NCBI RefSeq assembly: GCF_009914755.1
Contig: NC_060943.1
Source: the human T2T-CHM13v2.0 reference genome, Homo sapiens
Length of the DNA: 64,000 nucleotides
Direction: 5' to 3' (one strand)
A model generated the notes under the pieces. That model saw only the letters and a program-made list of their open reading frames with translations. It was not told where the DNA came from and did no database searches. A program made the position numbers and the translations under genes. This document shows, one piece after another, positions 30,176 through 43,600 of the stretch. Positions within the stretch are counted from its first letter, which is position 1. Each line of letters starts with the position of its first letter.

Positions 30176-30447
30176 CACTTTATTTTTATTCTTATTTTTT
30201 GGAGACAGAGTACTGTTCTGTCAGACTAAAGTGCAGTGGTGCAATCATAGCTCACTACAGCCTCGACATTCTGGGCTCAAGTGGTCCTGCCTCAACCTCT
30301 CAAGTAGCTGGAGACTACAGGCATGTGACAACATGCCCAGCTAATTAAAAAAAAAACAAATTGTGGAGATGGGATCTCACTATGTTGTCTAGGTTTGTCT
30401 TGGACTCCTGAGTTCAAGTGATTCTCCTACCATGGCCTCCCAAACAC
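30176..30447 (-). mobile_element. AluJ, 5'-truncated
   Basis: GCAATCATAGCTCACTACAGCCTCGAC...GGGCTCAAG J-type diagnostics. Confidence 0.88.
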
Positions 30448-30780
30448 TTGCACTTTTAAAATGTAATTAAATTGACTTTTAATAGCCTTCATTGTTTGAT
30501 ATGAAAAGTCAACAGTAAGTTATTTTTATCCTTTTGTTTCATGTCTGTAATGCGTGTTTCCAGTATGGCGCTTTCAGTATTTTCTTTGCAATTTGACTCT
30601 GATTATTTATTTTACATTTATCTTGCTTGGAATTGACTTAGATTTTTGGTTTTGTTTTTAATCTGAAAATTTTTTTCTTGTTTTTCATTCAATTTGTTAA
30701 GTTTTTAGTCATTGTTTTTCTAAATGCTGGTGTGCTCCTTACAATTGTTTTCTGAGACTCAAATTTCAGGTATGTAAAAG

Positions 30781-31253
30781 CAGTAGTTCTCATATTTTTT
30801 GGTCCCAATACTTCTTTACATTATGTAAAATTTTCAAGCACCACGAAAGCATTTGTTTATGTAGTTATATCTATCAATATTTATATTAGAAAGTAAAGCA
30901 GACAAATTGTTAAAAATATGTATTTTGACACACATAAAAACAAAAATACCATAACACATTAAAATAAAAAAGATAGACTTATTGAAAAAAATCAAAAATT
31001 CTTCGTGAGAAGAATGACACTTTCACAGAGTGCTTTTTATGGCTTAATAGAAGACAGCTACAGTCTCATATTTGTTTCCGCATTTAATCTGTTGTTATAT
31101 CATTCATCTTGCAGTCTATGGAAAACTCCACTTTACACCTATGAAAAGATGGACGTGAGAAAGGCAAATAATATCTTAGTTATCATAAATATAGCTTTAG
31201 TAGTACAGATTTTATGAAATAATCTTGGGGACACTCACACTTTGAAAACTGTT
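30781..31253. mobile_element. Charlie1b-like hAT DNA transposon fossil
   Basis: Starts CAGTAGTTCTCA...TTTTTGGTCCC; internal TTTGTTTATGTAGTTATATCTATCAATATTTA; ends CACACTTTGAAAACTG. Confidence 0.75.
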
Positions 31254-32778
31254 ATTAAGCAATTAAATATTTTCACACAGGTCCATAAGGTTCTGTTTAT
31301 TTTTTTTAATTCTTTTTTTCCGTATATGTTATTGAAAAATGCTATTGATTTATAAACAAGATCCTTCTTTCTCTGCCCAGTTATAATCTTCTGTTAGGTT
31401 CATCTGGTAATTTTTTTAAAGTTTCAGTTATTATAATTTTCTGTTACTGAATTTCCATTCGGTTGATTTTTTGTATAGTTTACATTTTTCTGCTCAGATT
31501 CTTTTTCTATTCAATCATTAGGACCATATTTTTCTTTAATTCTTTGAAAATATTATACTTGTTTTAAAGTCTTTGCTAGCTCCATCATAGGAGTCATCTT
31601 ACATTTAGTTTCTTGATTATATTTTCTTTATCCCTGAATCACATTTTCATGTTTTTATTTTTGTATGCCTAAGTGATATTTGATTGAACACTGCACACCA
31701 CAGATTATATGTGGTAGAGAATGTGGATTCTGTTATCTTTTCATAGGAATGTGTGCACATGTTTATTAGGCAGTTCAGTTGCTTGCACATCGTCTAGTAG
31801 GCTTGGTTTTATGTTTTTTAAATAATAAATGGAAAGTCCAAGGTATTTCCCAAGCCCCTCTAATTTGACAGGACTCAAACTGCAAACTCTTGTTGGGGCT
31901 TCAATTTGGACTCTGTTGGGACAAATTAAGAATAGTTCTTATACCTTAGACACAATTTTCTGTTGTCTTGAAAGATGCTGAGATGTTAACCATATGCTCA
32001 AGAGATCTCTTCACTCTAATAAGGTTGAGAATCAAGCATCCAGCCCCACCACACTGCCTGTCCTCCGTCACTGTCAAAGCTTTAGTCTCTCTGCTCTACT
32101 TTCAATCTCCCAACAGCTTAACTCTGGTAAGCACTAGGTAATCTCCATGCACGTGCAGTCTGGTTCTCAGCCATGGACTTGCAGGGAACCACCTACACAC
32201 CTCCCTTTCTCTGATGCGCCATTGTGCAGACTGCAGCCATTTGAAGTGACTCAAACTCTGACCTCATTCTCCTCAGCTCAGCATGCCCACCATCCTCTGC
32301 CCAGATATCAGCTTGCTCTGCTGTGATTGTGCTACTATTACAACCCCGGCAGGGGACTGAATGACCAGAAATCTCCTCACATGAGCTTCCCTTCTCTCTG
32401 AAATCACTGCTTTGTGTTATCTAATTGTTATTGCCCCAAATCAGTTGTCATACGTTGTGTCTAGTTTTATAGTTCTTTATGACAAGAGAACCAACTGAGC
32501 TATTCCGTAAACCTGTGAGGTTCACTGGGCCCACATACCTCACTCTGATCAGGCAATCTGCCCTGTCATACCATCTTCACTTGATGCCTAGTAGACAATT
32601 ATTCAAGGGATGTAAACTATATAGATAATTAAGTGGGTAATTTCATTTCCTCAGTGGATTTTTAGGCATATTTTTGAAATGCATACTTCTCTACTTAGCC
32701 AGTGACTTTCCTCTCACATATGGCAGCCCTGGTCTTTGAATCTTCACTTAAAATTTGTCCCTTCCAGAAGACAGCTTT

Positions 32779-33710
32779 AGTATTAGTCAGGGTTCTTCAG
32801 AGGGACAGAACCAATAGGATGCATAGATAGATAAGTGAGAGGCTATTTATTAAGGGAATTGGCTCACATGATTATGGAGGCTGAGAAGTCCTACAACAGG
32901 CCATATGCAAGCTGGAGACCCAGGGATGCCTGCAGCATGGCTCAGTCCAAGTCCAAAAGCCTCAGAACCAGAGAAGCCAGAGGTGTAGCTTGAAGTCTGA
33001 GGCCAAAGGCCTGAAAACCTGGGGCAGGGGTTGCTGCTACACATCCTAGAGTACAAAGGCCTGAGAATCTGGAGTTCTGATGTCCAAAGGCAGCAGAAGA
33101 TGGGTGCCTCGGTTCTACGTGAGAGAACCTGGAGTTCTGATGTCCAAAGGCAGCAGCAGATGGGTGTCTCAGGTCTAGAAAACAGAATCTGGAGTTCTGA
33201 TGTCCAAAGGCATCAGAAGATGGGTGTCTCAGTTCTACGAGAGAGAACCTGGAGTTCTGATGTCCAAAGGCAGCAGCAGATGTATGTCTGAGGTCTAGGA
33301 GAGATAATCTGGAACTCTGATGTCCAAAAGCATCAGAAGATGGGCGTCTCAGTTCTAACAGAGAGAACCTGGAGTTCTGATGTCCACAGGCAGCAGCAGA
33401 TGGGTGTCTCAGTTCTAGGAGAGAGAACCTGGAGCTCTGATGTCCAAAGTCAGCGGAAGATGGGTGCCTTAGTTCTAGGGGAGAGAAAGCACAAACTCAA
33501 CTTTCCTCTGCCTTTTTGTTCTATTTGGGACCCCAGCAGATTGGATGGTGCCTGCTTACATTGAGGGTAGATCTTCCCATCTCAGTCCACCAATTCACCC
33601 TCCAATCTCCTCCAGAAATACACTCACAGATGCACCCAGAAATAATGCTCTATCAGCTATCTAGATATCCTTTAATCCAGTCAAGTTGATGCCTAAAATT
33701 AACCATCACA
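32779..33710 (-). mobile_element. MLT2 (ERVL) solo LTR with internal tandem expansion
   Basis: GTATTAGTCAGGGTTCTTCAGAGGGACAGAACCAATAGG at one end and AAAATTAACCATCACA at the other. Confidence 0.88.
33061..33487. repeat. 60-bp minisatellite, 7 copies
   Basis: Unit approx. GAGAGAACCTGGAGTTCTGATGTCCAAAGGCAGCAGAAGATGGGTGTCTCAGTTCTAGGA at 33061, 33121, 33181, 33241, 33301, 33361 and 33421, with no indels. Confidence 0.97.
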
Positions 33711-34339
33711 CCCTCCTAAACCAACCTGTCTGAAGCCTTCAATGAAAGGAAAGATGCACATATATCTGTAGCTATAACTACTGACTGTTTATATGGATTA
33801 AGAGAAGTATAGTACTTCATACCTGTCATTGATGGATTTTTTTTCTCCACTGCACTTAGAAGAACTACAACCCCAAATTCCTTAGTCTGACCTTGGCACA
33901 ATTCCATGCTTGGTCCCTAGTCATTTCTAATCCATGTTGGTAACTCAACCTACAATTATACTGTTACACACTTACAGACTTCACTTAAAACAAGTCTGTG
34001 GGATTTTTGCCATAGTCACTCCTAACTATCATCCATCCACTCACCCCTGTGTAGTCAGGGTCCCACTGTATCACACCAACCCATGCATGGTATCCTATAT
34101 CATATAATGCCCTGAACTTTCCCGTGTCAGAGGGAGGTGAGCCCGGCAGGCTGGTATTATAGTGGTGACCGCCCTGCCGCCTGCATATGGGATGAGTCCT
34201 CTCAAATAGCAGAAGCAGAGGGGGTGGGGGCAGATGCATGTCCCACCGACACAGGATACCATCCTCGGGGGCTCCGTGCCTCCCCTGCCAAGGTCAGGGT
34301 TGTTCAGATGATATGGGGGAGCAGCGGAGTGGTGTTCAT

Positions 34340-34480
34340 CGAGCTCTGGGAATGGGAGCTGGGTCCCCTCTCTGTGACCTTAGGAAGCTTATTTAACCTC
34401 ACTGACTCTGTTTTCCTCATCTGCATTTGGAAACTTGATGTAACAATATCAAATCATGATTTCTCATGTGGAATACACTT
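34340..34480 (+). mobile_element. MIR
   Basis: CTGTGACCTTAGGAAGCTTATTTAACCTCACTGACTCTGTTTTCCTCATCTG. Confidence 0.75.
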
Positions 34481-34712
34481 GGAGGAGGGCGGTTTGCACT
34501 GTGGTTGCTCTACCCTGAGGGTGGTTATCAGCAAGGCCTTTTTAAAGTAGACTTGAGCTTTAGGTATTAAGAACCTAAAACATGTGCATAACTTTTGGCC
34601 TGGGATTTCTCTCCATTTTTAGGTCTGTGTTCCAAGGAAATGATCAGTGATATAGTTAAATATTTGCATTCAGGGATGTTATTTGAAACTTTATATATAA
34701 CAATGACAGTGT

Positions 34713-35143
34713 ATGATATAATTTGCATCTGTGTCTGCACCCAGATCTCATGTCAAATTGTAATGCCCAGTGTTGGAGGTGGGGCCTGGTGGGAGGTGAT
34801 TGGATCTTGGGGGCGGATTTCCTCCCCATGCTGCTCTCTTGATAGTGAGTGAGTGAGTGCTCATTAGATCCGGTTGTTTAAAAGTGTGTGCACCTCCCCA
34901 CTCTCTCTCTTCCTCCTGCTCTGGCCATGTAAGACATGCTGGCTTCCCCTTTGCCTTCCACCATGACTGAAAGTTTCCTGAGGCCTACTCAGCCATGCTT
35001 CCTGTACAGCCTGAGGAACTGTGACCAATTAAACCTCTGTCATTAAACAAGAAGCTACTTTTATAAGAAATTTTATAAGAAATTCTCATAAATTGCCCAC
35101 TCTCAGGTATTTCTTTACAGCTGTGAGGGAACGGACTACTATA
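34713..35143 (+). mobile_element. MSTB-like MaLR solo LTR
   Basis: ATCTCATGTCAAATTGTAATGCCCAGTGTTGGAGGTGGGGCCTGGTGGGAGGTGATTGGATC; ends CTCAGGTATTTCTTTACAG...ACGGACTA. Confidence 0.88.
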
Positions 35144-35243
35144 AAGTATATCAGTATAAAATTAGCCTACATCCAAATATGGAAGATTGCCCAAATTGTG
35201 ATTTATCCACATAATGGGATATGTATACGGTCATTCAAAATCA

Positions 35244-35552
<309 letters not shown>

Positions 35553-36439
35553 TAAAGAAAATTTAATATCATTGGAAAATGCTTACAATATAAAGCAGTC
35601 AAATAAATACTCTATGTAATTTGTTATGTATGTATAAAGTATATAGGAAAATATTCACAGTGTTATTATCTCTGGATGATAGTGTTGATTGTTGGTGATT
35701 TATTATTTTTTTCTTTATTATAATATTCTATATTTTTCAATTGTTGCAAGTCAGTATACAATAAACAAAAATCTTACTTACGAAAAAATGTTGGAGTTAA
35801 AGTCTGGGGTCTGGATTTGAGTCCAGGCCCCAACATTTGCTGTGCAACCTTAAGTAGGAGAAAGCTGAAAAATGGGAAAAACTTGTCTCACCCTTCTCAT
35901 TGGATAGGCAAGGAACTAAAATAAGATAATGTGCACAGGACTCATGTGGAAGGAAAATGGCAAAAAAGATAGGGGGGCTATTGCTCATATGAATCTGACT
36001 AGGAAACAAGAAGCTGCTCTTAAAAGAAATATTGATGCTTACAAGGTTTCAGGTCACCCCTATCTCCTCCAGCCTATCTTTAAAATAGACAAAATTCAAA
36101 ACAAAACAACACAAAATCTCACGCAGAAGGTTCTTCTGCCTGGTAACAGAATGCTTCTGTGTAGTTAAAACACAAGCTACATCTGACAACTGCACTATCA
36201 GATGGGAGCTCTGGACATGTGAAAATCATTGCTCCTGTACTGTAAGACCTGATAGAGCCCTGGTCAGCCACCAGCCTTGCAGAGGATTACATGGGGTCTC
36301 CATACAAAGCTGGATGCTTCAAGATAGTTGCAGTCTCAAGAGTGCATTCCCTGCCTCTGACGGAGTGGTAGGGGCTGTTACAACCCATCCTGTGGTGCCC
36401 AAGAAGACACTCAGCATTCATTGCAGGTAGTGTGGCCCC

Positions 36440-37000
36440 CAGTGCAGCCACATTGGAATCCATTTGTAATATTTATTTAACTAGAAAATATAAACGTCCT
36501 AAGTCCCAACAATCCTACTTCTCTGCAGCAACTCTAGGGATGTATTTGCTGATGTGCATGAAATGGCTGGGCATTCCTTTTAAGTACTACATGATATTCC
36601 ATAGATGAGGCATGCTAAAATAGTATTCAGACCTCAGAGACTTCTCTTATTGTTCAGCATCTCGAGTTAAGCTGCAATGAAGTGAATCGACATGTCACAA
36701 CATCAAAAGTCTCCAAGAGTTTGTTTTTTTTAAATTTAAAAAAGTATGTTGCTAATCAGAATATACACTATCAAATCATTTATATAAAAATAAGTCAAAA
36801 CACTACAATTCTAATTTCTGTGGGTGTATAAGGCTCAGAAAAATGTCTGGAAAGATTCATACCAAATTGATCATATTGATTAGACCTGAAGGTATGGGTG
36901 AATGTGGAGGATACAATCTTTCTTACCTGTATTTAAAATCATTTTTAAAAAGAATGTGTTCATGTATTACTTGTGCAATTCACATAAATTTGACAGTAAA
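36440..37000 (+). mobile_element. L1ME 3' fragments
   Basis: CCCAACAATCCTACTTCT; GTCTGGAAAGATTCATACCAAATTGAT; ATGTATTACTTGTGCAATT. Confidence 0.55.
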
Positions 37001-37039
37001 AATTAAAATAGCTGACATAAAATAATTATGAATAGTCAA

Positions 37040-38454
37040 CAACTGAACAAACAAATAAATATACTATAGTCATTCAAAGCCAGGTTTCTCATTGTTGGAG
37101 AAAGGAGTATAAAATTGGAAAGGGGAGGAGGAGACAGAATAAGCCCTAAGGTGCTGGATTGAAATTGAAGTTATAAGTAAAAACTCATGGTTTAAAAAGG
37201 GACAGAGGAAGGGAGGAAGGGAGAGAGAGTGAGGGAGGTCAGGGGAGAGAAGGAGAGAGATAAAGAAATTGTTCATATGCATACGCACAGAGGACCTGGA
37301 AGCAATGGAACTCCAATAGCAACGAGCATACTTAGCATGGAGGCGTTTCTTTCTATGTCATTCTCCTCTAAGAGAAGACAGGGCCACTTACAAAATGGTC
37401 ATTGCAGGCCTGCAACCGAGAAAGCACAAGATGAGCCTGAAACTTCTGGTCCCAAAAAGTAAGGAAATGCTCAAAGAATAACAGGGACATATCAAAAGGA
37501 CAAAGAAGCCAATTTGCAGAGACTCCCACTGGCCAAATATGAGGCAAATTTAGCACAAAAATAAATAATGATTGAAAATCATGATTTATTGAATGAAATA
37601 AGCATTCACCAGTTACATGGATATAAATAAATAAATGAAAAAGAAGGAAAAGCTCTTCCTTGCAGTAGAAAGACAATTAGTAAATGTAGAAGGAATACTA
37701 TAATTAGAAAAATTTCCTCTTGGCAACTATCATCATCATCCTTGAATCAAACAAGAATCGTCAACGGATATTAAAACTACTGAAGGGATGTTTGAGGAAT
37801 AACAGGGGATATTTACATAGTCTTGAAATATCTCCCATAAGACGCTTACTTATTTCAAAGGAAAAGGACATTTTCCTAAGAATGGAGAAAGCTGGCAACA
37901 CCACTGTCACCAAGACATCCAGATTAGCAACTCCAATCATGGGACAAAGCTACATCTTGTGCCCCCTGACAGGAAGAACCAAGGAGACCAAGGCACCATT
38001 TTGGTGGTATTTCTGCCAGAAATGAGTAATGCAAACCTAATCCTCATAAAATATCAGGATTTAAAAAACCCAAATTGAGGACGATCCACACAGTAGCCAG
38101 ACTCCAGCCCTCAAAAACGTCAGTGTCATGGAACACAAAGGAAGATAAAGGCATAAAAGGAGGCCAAGGAGAGATGAGCACCGAAGGCAACTCACGATCT
38201 GTGATTTCCTTCCACCACTAAGGAGAGTGTTAGGATAATCAGCCCCATCAGAACAAAATCTGTAGATGACGGGTTATCCTATCAATATTAACTTCCTGAT
38301 TTTTGTGTATTTTCTAATTCCTGTGTTTATGGAAGTGCACATCTTGTTTATGGGAAATGCACGCTGAAGTATTCATGGGTGAAAGAGCATCAGGTCTGCA
38401 GTTAATTCTCCAATGGTTCAGAAAAATTAAAGTGCGTGTATACACACAATTACA

Positions 38455-38486
<32 letters not shown>

Positions 38487-38990
38487 TAGTCTGTTTTCAC
38501 GCTGCTGATAAAGACACATCTGAGATTGGGTAATTTATAAAGGAAAAGTTGTTTAATGAACTCACAGTTCCACATGGCTGGGGAGGCCTCACAATCATGG
38601 TGGAAGGTGAAAGCTACGTCTAACAAGGCAGCAGGTAAGAGAAAATGAGAGCCAAGTGCAAGCAGAAACCCCTTATAAAACCATCAGATCTCGTGAGACT
38701 TACTCACTACCACGAGAACAGTATGGGGGAAACCTCCTGCACGATTCACTTATCTCCCACTGGGTCCTGCCTGCAACACATGGGAATTATGGGAGCTACA
38801 ATTCATATGAGATTGGGTGGGGACACAGCCAAGTCATATCAGTGTGATACATAAAAAGAGAGAGGAAGAGAGAAAAGAATAAAAGCTGGTAAAATGCTAA
38901 CAATTAGGGAATCTGATGAAGAGAATATGAGAATTCTCGCAACTTTTCTGTAAGCCTGAAATTACAAACTTAAAAAGAAATGGCAAGTTT
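37040..38990 (+). mobile_element. L1MC4/L1MD-type 3' region, interrupted by THE1
   Basis: CAGGTTTCTCATTGTTGGAGAAAGGAG, GAAAGCACAAGATGAGCCTG, AAGTAAGGAAATGCTCAAAGAA, CAACTTTTCTGTAAGCCTGAAATTA. Confidence 0.78.
38482..38841 (-). mobile_element. THE1 (B/C-like) solo LTR
   Basis: TGTATTAGTCTGTTTTCACGCTGCTGATAAAGAC...GGGACACAGCCAAGTCATATCA. Confidence 0.92.
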
Positions 38991-39125
38991 AAAGGCAAAA
39001 TAAAGGGGTAGACAAAACAACTTGCAGCAAGCAACCAGGGTCTCCAGCCAAGATGTCAGAGTCAACAACCTGGCCAATACTGCGGAGAAGCTGTGTATAC
39101 AGAATACTCAAAACTCTGGGTCCAA

Positions 39126-39437
39126 GGCCGGGAGCAGTGGTCCCTGCCTGTCATCCCAGCACTTGGGCCCAGGAGTTCCAGACCAGCCCAGGCAACACAG
39201 CAAGACCTTATTTCTACCAAAAAAAAAAAAGTTTAAAAGACTAGCAAGGCATAGTGGCTTGTGCCTGTGGTCCCAGCTACTTGGGAGGCTGAGGAGGGAG
39301 GATCTCTTGAGCCTGAATGGTCGAGGCTGCAGTAGCCATGATCGCACCACTGCACTCCAGCCTGGAGAGACAGCCAGACCCTGTTTGAAAAAAAAAAAAA
39401 AAGAAGAAGAAGGAAAAAGAAAAAGAAAAAGAAAAAT
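39126..39437 (+). mobile_element. AluJ with deletion in left arm
   Basis: CCCAGCACTT|GGGCCCAGGAGTTC junction lacks about 30 bp; GGTCGAGGCTGCAG; A/GA-rich tail. Confidence 0.88.
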
Positions 39438-40094
39438 ATCTGGATTCAGGTTCAAATGTCGGCCAAGAGAAAGGAGGACAGTAAGACCTTTCAAAACCTT
39501 CATTTCTAAAACAGGACTATTAATCCTAAATCAAAGGATGCTGGGGTGATGGAGCAGGTTTTGAGTAGTTTTGAGTGGAGAGCAGCTAGCATTGAGCCAA
39601 GCCCCTAGAACCTGCTCAAGAGATGAGAGTGTGGCTAGTCCCTCCCTGCTCGCTTGCGACCCCCAAGACCATCACTGAAATACACAGGGAGGTGAGGGCC
39701 TCAAGTACCTGAGACGCTAAGAGTAAGCACAGAGTGGGTGAGGAGCCTCTGCCTAGGGGTCAAGTCAGTGTCCCGTTGGGTTGCAGAAGCTTTTTATTGA
39801 ATAAAGTTCCAGGGCTCCAGTGATCTGTCAATGCTGCACCTGCAGCCTGAGGAAGTAGGAAAAGCTAGGTGTCCGCTTATTCAGAGGGGCAGGATAGCCC
39901 ACCCAACGCTTGAAACGCATGTGCCTTTCCAGCGCAGTTGGATCTAGCTTTGGAAACTTGGAAGACTGATATGAAGATGGTCCCAGGCTGCTGCAGTCCT
40001 TGGCACTAGAGGGCAGGCCAGCAGGTTCCCTGTCTGCCCGGGTCAACTGAACAGGGACCTTGGCACCGACTGCAGAGTGGCTGCTGTCTACTTA

Positions 40095-40131
40095 AACACA
40101 CACACACATGCGCGCCCGCACACACACACAC
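40095..40131. repeat. Interrupted (CA)n/(CG)n alternating purine-pyrimidine tract
   Basis: ACACACACACACACATGCGCGCCCGCACACACACACAC. Confidence 0.85.
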
Positions 40132-41319
40132 TCTCCAAAGGGAAGCTTAATATATAAAAAATATAGAATTCATAGAATCAAAGTAAAATTGAATTCCTCA
40201 GGCAGTTTAACTCTTTCCCCTTGGGCAGGAAAAGGTTCAGTTTTGACAAAACCTCGAATACGCCTCCGCTGAGACCTGCTGTCACAGCTCTGGGTTTGAG
40301 CATCCACAGTTCAGGATGGAGGGAGACCCCAGAGATAGGGCCAGACAGGCCTCCGCCCCTCCCTCTGGCAGGTCCTTCATCTCCCCAACCCCAGCTTCCT
40401 CCAAGGTGACATGTAAAGACAGCACTGTCCAGTTCCTCCTGTCATCATGGAGATAACAGATAACATGCAGCGTCCTGGAAGACACTCCGTGGTCAATAAC
40501 TAGCAGCAATGACTCTGATTATCATCCACATTTGCTTCCTGGGGATACAGAAATATATCCTCCCTGGAGCCTCGGTTCTCCTGGACTCAGAGAGGGACAT
40601 GAGCTGCTGCTCTGAGCTGTTCCTGGTGCAAGAGCTCCCAGGCTGCACGCGCCAGGCACACAGCACATGCCCGGGACACACCTGTCGAGTGAACACATGG
40701 ACAGGCACAGCCAAATCTTTCTGACATCTTAAAAGCACTGAAGGAAATTCTAAGTCCTCTTAAAAATATATCTTTAAGCACATCTATGAGCATGACTTTC
40801 CTCACCCCTATACCTGCAAGCAGACATTGTTACCCTTGAGTCTAAATCATCTTTTCCCTTTTGCGTTGCAAAAATTTTCCCTGACAGCCAACAGAACATA
40901 TTCTTCTTCTAATTGTTGGTTTACCTCTCACAAACGCTGGTGGATCTCCCCATCTCTAATCCTCACCCGCTCATTCATTAACTATCAAGTGTGGCTTTTT
41001 GGAACAATTATATTCTGTCCTGCTGTCAGCTCTATCCACACAGGTAGAGAATACATCCCAACTCCTTACATGGGATGTAAATTATTGCTGGCATACCAGT
41101 ACCTGAAGAATGATTACACCCAGTGCACAGTTAAATAATGGATGCTTAGCACAGTGCATTGTAATAAGCAAAAGATATGAAATATCTACAATTCTAAGTG
41201 GAATACGCTAAGTATTTTTTTTATAATAAAACCGTTTTGGGGGAAGACAGGCTATTGAATCATGGTCTCCAGAAAAGACACCCATGTGTCAGTTCATTTG
41301 CAGAAGCCGGCTGGCGCTG

Positions 41320-41432
41320 TCATCTCATCTGTGAAGTGGGGACAAGAATCATATTTTTCATCAAGTAGAGGTACTGCTTAGCACTGAGCCTGACACACAG
41401 TAGGTGCTCAGTAAATGGCAGTAGCTGCTGTC
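41320..41432 (+). mobile_element. MIR fragment
   Basis: CTCATCTGTGAAGTGGGG...GCTTAGCACTGAGCCTGACACACAGTAGGTGCTCAGTAAATGG. Confidence 0.7.
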
Positions 41433-42682
41433 ATCTGAGGAATGGCTGCCCTGGCTAGGCTAGCAGTAGGCTGGGGCAGTATCTCCTCGTGGGAAGAGCA
41501 GCTGGAGTGCTCACCACCTAGATGTACCTGTGGTCAGGTTTGGTGTCTGACCACAGGGAGGGGCAGGCACACCACCCTGCCCCACCCCACCCACCTTTCC
41601 ACTGGGAAGCTGAGGGTAGAGCCTGCTTTGCCACCAAACACAGTAGAAGGTTCTGGAGGGCTGGGAGGAAATGGAGTTAGGGTGGCTCTTGAAGACTTCT
41701 CTCTGCCTTGGAAGCCTTCCAGAAATAGAACCCTGGAACTCAGTGCAGTGCTCAGGCCTGAGCAGTAGGGGCCTCTTCCTGAGCCCCATGCTCTGCAGGG
41801 CCCTTCTGTGATCCTTGTCCCAGGGCAAGGAGTATGCAGATACAGGGGACATGTCTGCCTGGGACCTGCATCCTTCCCATTTCAGAGCATGCTTTAGCCC
41901 CCTTAGGAAGTCCATTTCACAGCAAAGGAAGCTGAAACCCAGAGGATACTGGTTTCCCTGCAAAGCAGAAGAGGTGGTCTTACTAATTCCAAACCAGTTG
42001 TTCCTTATTCCAAAGCTGTTCTGGCCTCACCCTGCCTCCTGCTCCCTAGTGACATGGGTGCCTGGGATATTTTGCACCTGTGCAACAGGCACCTCTTTGA
42101 CCTCCTTCACAGCAAATGAAGCTGAGACCCAGAAGATAAAGGATTCCCTGGGAAGCAGAAGAGGTGGTCTTTCTAATTCTGAAGGTGTTCTAGCCCCACC
42201 CTCTCCCCACGCCTCCCAACCCTGCCGTGATATGGGTTCCTGGAACCTTTGCATCTGTCCAGTGGGCACTTCTTTGGCCACCTAGACCAGTCCATCTGGT
42301 GTTCTCAAGCCAAGGCCCCCGGAAGATGCAGCAGGCTGTGCTGAGTGGGAATGAACACTTCCTGCTCTCATTCCTGCCTGGGGAGGTGGAGTGGGACCTA
42401 CCACAGAGCCAGGGCTGAGAGCAGCAGAACTATCTAGAACACTCACGCCAGCATCCTACCCACTGCAGCGCTGATGCCGGAGCAAACCGCCTCTGCTCAA
42501 GGGCTTCTCAGCAGAGCTCCCCTCTGCAGTCCCCACAGGAGGCCTGGAGCTCGGGTGGTTTCCCAGGGCTGGAAGTGCATGGTTTTCCTCTGTATCCCTA
42601 AGCACCCCTGGGCACTGAGGCACAGGACATAGTGCTGGGGTGCTGCGTAACCTGCAGATGTTTCCAACCTTCTAAGTCTCAG

Positions 42683-43496
42683 TGTGTAAATTCGTTTCCT
42701 GAGGCCATGACATTAAACATGGTGGCTTAAAATAACAGATATTTATTTTCTCACAGCTCTGGAAGCTGCAAGCCAGAAATCAAGGTGTCTACAGGGTCAT
42801 GCTCCCTCAGGCTTCAGGGGAAAATCCGTTTCTTGACTTTTCTGGCTTTTGGTGGCCTTCCTGAGGTTGTGGCTGCATCCCTGTAATCTCTGCCTCTGTC
42901 TTCGCTCCACGGTCTCTCCCTATGCCAGCTCCCCCGTGTGTCTCTTGTAAGGACACATGTCATCAAAGTCAGGGCCCACCTGGATAACTCAGGATGATCT
43001 TCACATCTCCAGACACTTGATTCACTTATATCAGGTGATATGGTTTGGCTCCATGTCCCTAACCAAATCTCATCTTGAATTATAATCCCCACATGTCAAG
43101 CATGGGACCAGGTGGGAGTAACTGGATCCTGAGGTCAGTTTCCCCATGCTGTTCTCATGACAGTGAGTTCTCAGAAGATCTGATGGTTTTATACGCATCT
43201 GGCATTTCCTCTGCTTGCAGCTCTCTCTCCTGCTGCCATGTGAAGAAGTTGCCTGCTTCCCCTTTGCCTTCTGCCATGATTGTAAGTTCCCTAAGTCCTC
43301 CCCAGCCATGCGGAACTGAGTCCATTAAACCTCTTTCCTGTATAAATTACCCAGTCTCAGGTATTTCTTCATAGTAGTATGAGAATGGACTAATACATTG
43401 GCAAAGACCCTTTTTCCAAATAAAGTAAACATTTACAGGTTCCAGGGATCAGGATGTGGGCATATCTTTTTGGAGACCACCATTCAGCCCACTACT
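42683..43496 (-). mobile_element. MLT1B/C-like MaLR LTR interrupted by MSTA
   Basis: GGTGGCTTAAAATAACAGATATTTATTTTCTCACAGCTCTGGA...; resumes GCAAAGACCCTTTTTCCAAATAAAGT...ATTCAGCCCACTAC. Confidence 0.85.
43036..43397 (+). mobile_element. MSTA-like solo LTR
   Basis: TGATATGGTTTGGCT...CAAATCTCATCTTGAATTATAATCCCCAC start; GGACTAATACA end. Confidence 0.9.
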
Positions 43497-43600
43497 GTGT
43501 CCTCAGTTATAAGGCACAAATAATAATACTATTAGCCTCATAAAATTATGGTGAAGATTTAACAAGACAATGTATATTAGACAAGTGCTGAAAATATTCA
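43497..43600 (+). mobile_element. MIR fragment
   Basis: TGTGTCCTCAGTT...ATAATAATACT...CCTCATAAAATTATGGTGAAGATTTAA. Confidence 0.55.

Noticed and set aside
33061-33487. CRISPR-like regular repeat array
   Set aside because: Units are contiguous near-identical 60-mers with no unique spacers, no cas genes, and a primate LTR context; it is a minisatellite
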